Shown piece by piece: positions 6,103 to 7,002 of a stretch of 7,002 bases of DNA. The stretch comes from Promethearchaeia archaeon (lineage in GTDB: Archaea; Asgardarchaeota; Lokiarchaeia; Sigyniarchaeales; SOKP01), in NCBI GenBank assembly GCA_046497275.1, contig JAWOFX010000121.1, forward strand, positions 1 to 7,002. The letters are read 5' to 3'. Below the pieces are notes generated by a model that was given only the letters and a program-made list of their open reading frames with translations, made no database searches and was not told where the DNA came from. Position 1 is the stretch's first letter. Each line of letters starts with the position of its first letter. The translations under genes and the position numbers were made by a program.

Positions 6103-7002
6103 TAGCAACGGATACCGTGAATAAAAAACCGATAGCAGGAGCGTTAGTTGCCGGAGAATCTAAAGAAGAATCCACCTTTTTTCTAAAACGCTTAAAACAA
6201 TGGATTAATAAACCAGTGTCTCTGCTAACTATCGATTTTTCTACTCGTATTTTCGCGGGAGTACAAGAAATATTTCCGCATGTCCCTGTCCAAAAATGTA
6301 TATTTCATGCAATTCAATTACTTACTCGCGCATATATTAAAGAATTAACACGTATGAAGCGTGAGCATATGTTACAGCATATTAAAGAATGGAACTTGCT
6401 ACGCAAGAAGTCCTTGGAATTAGAAAAAGGATCTATCACACAGATTCAATTGAATTTGAAATTTAACGATACGAAGCATTCCCTTTCTATCTATGATTCT
6501 CTTCACACAATACTCTCCCACGACTCTCCTCACATGATTGAATCAAACCTCTCCACTTTTTTCACAAAGAACATATTTCTCACCTGGAAAGGGCACAATA
6601 GGTTTCTAAACGCCTATAGAAAAATATTCGATACCCATCAATTCACCTTTAGCCAGAAAGCGCTTAAATATATTATTCCAATGATCTTTAAAGCGTGGAG
6701 GACTGCTATTCGATCCTCACGTCAAGAGCTTGAGGCTACAAAAACAACATTTAATCGCGCAAAATATCTAATACTTATGAATCCCGATAATATGGAACAA
6801 TTCCATAGAAAAGAGCTCCGGAAAAGCTTGAAAATGTTTCCATGGCTTCGAAAATATCGAAATGTGTTAGTAAAGTTCTATTATCAATTTAAAGTCTCTC
6901 CTGATAAACGACGCTCTCTAAGGTTTCTGTTGACCATACTTTCTGAGAAATCTCATCCTTGGTTGAAAAGTGCCGTCCATACCCTCATAAAAAATGAAGA
7001 GA
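6060..7002 (+). CDS. ISL3-like transposase C-terminal part (OrfB, -1 frame, no own ATG start, 3'-partial); missing from the supplied ORF track
   Basis: Manual translation gives 314 stop-free codons: KKRSQNGPIHGGLLIATDTVNKKPIAGALV...LLTIDFS (second Asp, 6234-6236)...EIFPHVPVQKCIFHAIQ (CxxH, 6297-6308)...KYLILMNPDNMEQFHRKELRKSLKMFPWLRKY...WLKSAVHTLIKNEE. The last segments parallel the ISL3 'RYLLLKNPENL...P.L' and 'L.SF..TL' motifs. The catalytic Glu is expected beyond the edge. Confidence 0.88.

Larger units (their letters stand above)
5417..7002 (+). mobile_element. ISL3-like insertion sequence, running off the right edge
   Basis: Transposase motifs (see CDS entries). Composition shifts from very AT-rich to visibly more GC at about 5417. 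The sequence there begins GGCGCTTTG, resembling GG(C/T)TCT-type ISL3 ends, after an AT-rich octamer TAATTTGT (5409-5416; candidate 8-bp target duplication). The right end is not visible, so the left boundary is inferred. Confidence 0.8.

Overview
AT-rich archaeal DNA. TATA-like boxes about 25 nt before start codons, oligo(T) terminators and the gene families suggest an Asgard/Lokiarchaeia-like host (inference). Left to right: (1) a 5'-truncated, divergent tungsten aldehyde:ferredoxin oxidoreductase (AOR) family gene whose Fe-S and catalytic motifs are altered (CxxCxxxD); (2) an 88-aa hypothetical gene; (3) on the minus strand, an MFS transporter, an Lrs14/COG3355-like winged-HTH regulator and a WCAPC thioredoxin with an N-terminal charged helix; (4) a 97-aa protein with zinc-finger-like motifs; (5) from about 5417 to the window edge, an ISL3-like insertion sequence. 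The transposase is split into two frames that can only be joined within 6060-6099, at an A_AAA_AAC slippery run. The second frame (6060 to >7002) is absent from the supplied ORF track. The element also has an unusually long helical insertion and a foldable ~100-nt left end. No rRNA, tRNA or CRISPR array was seen.
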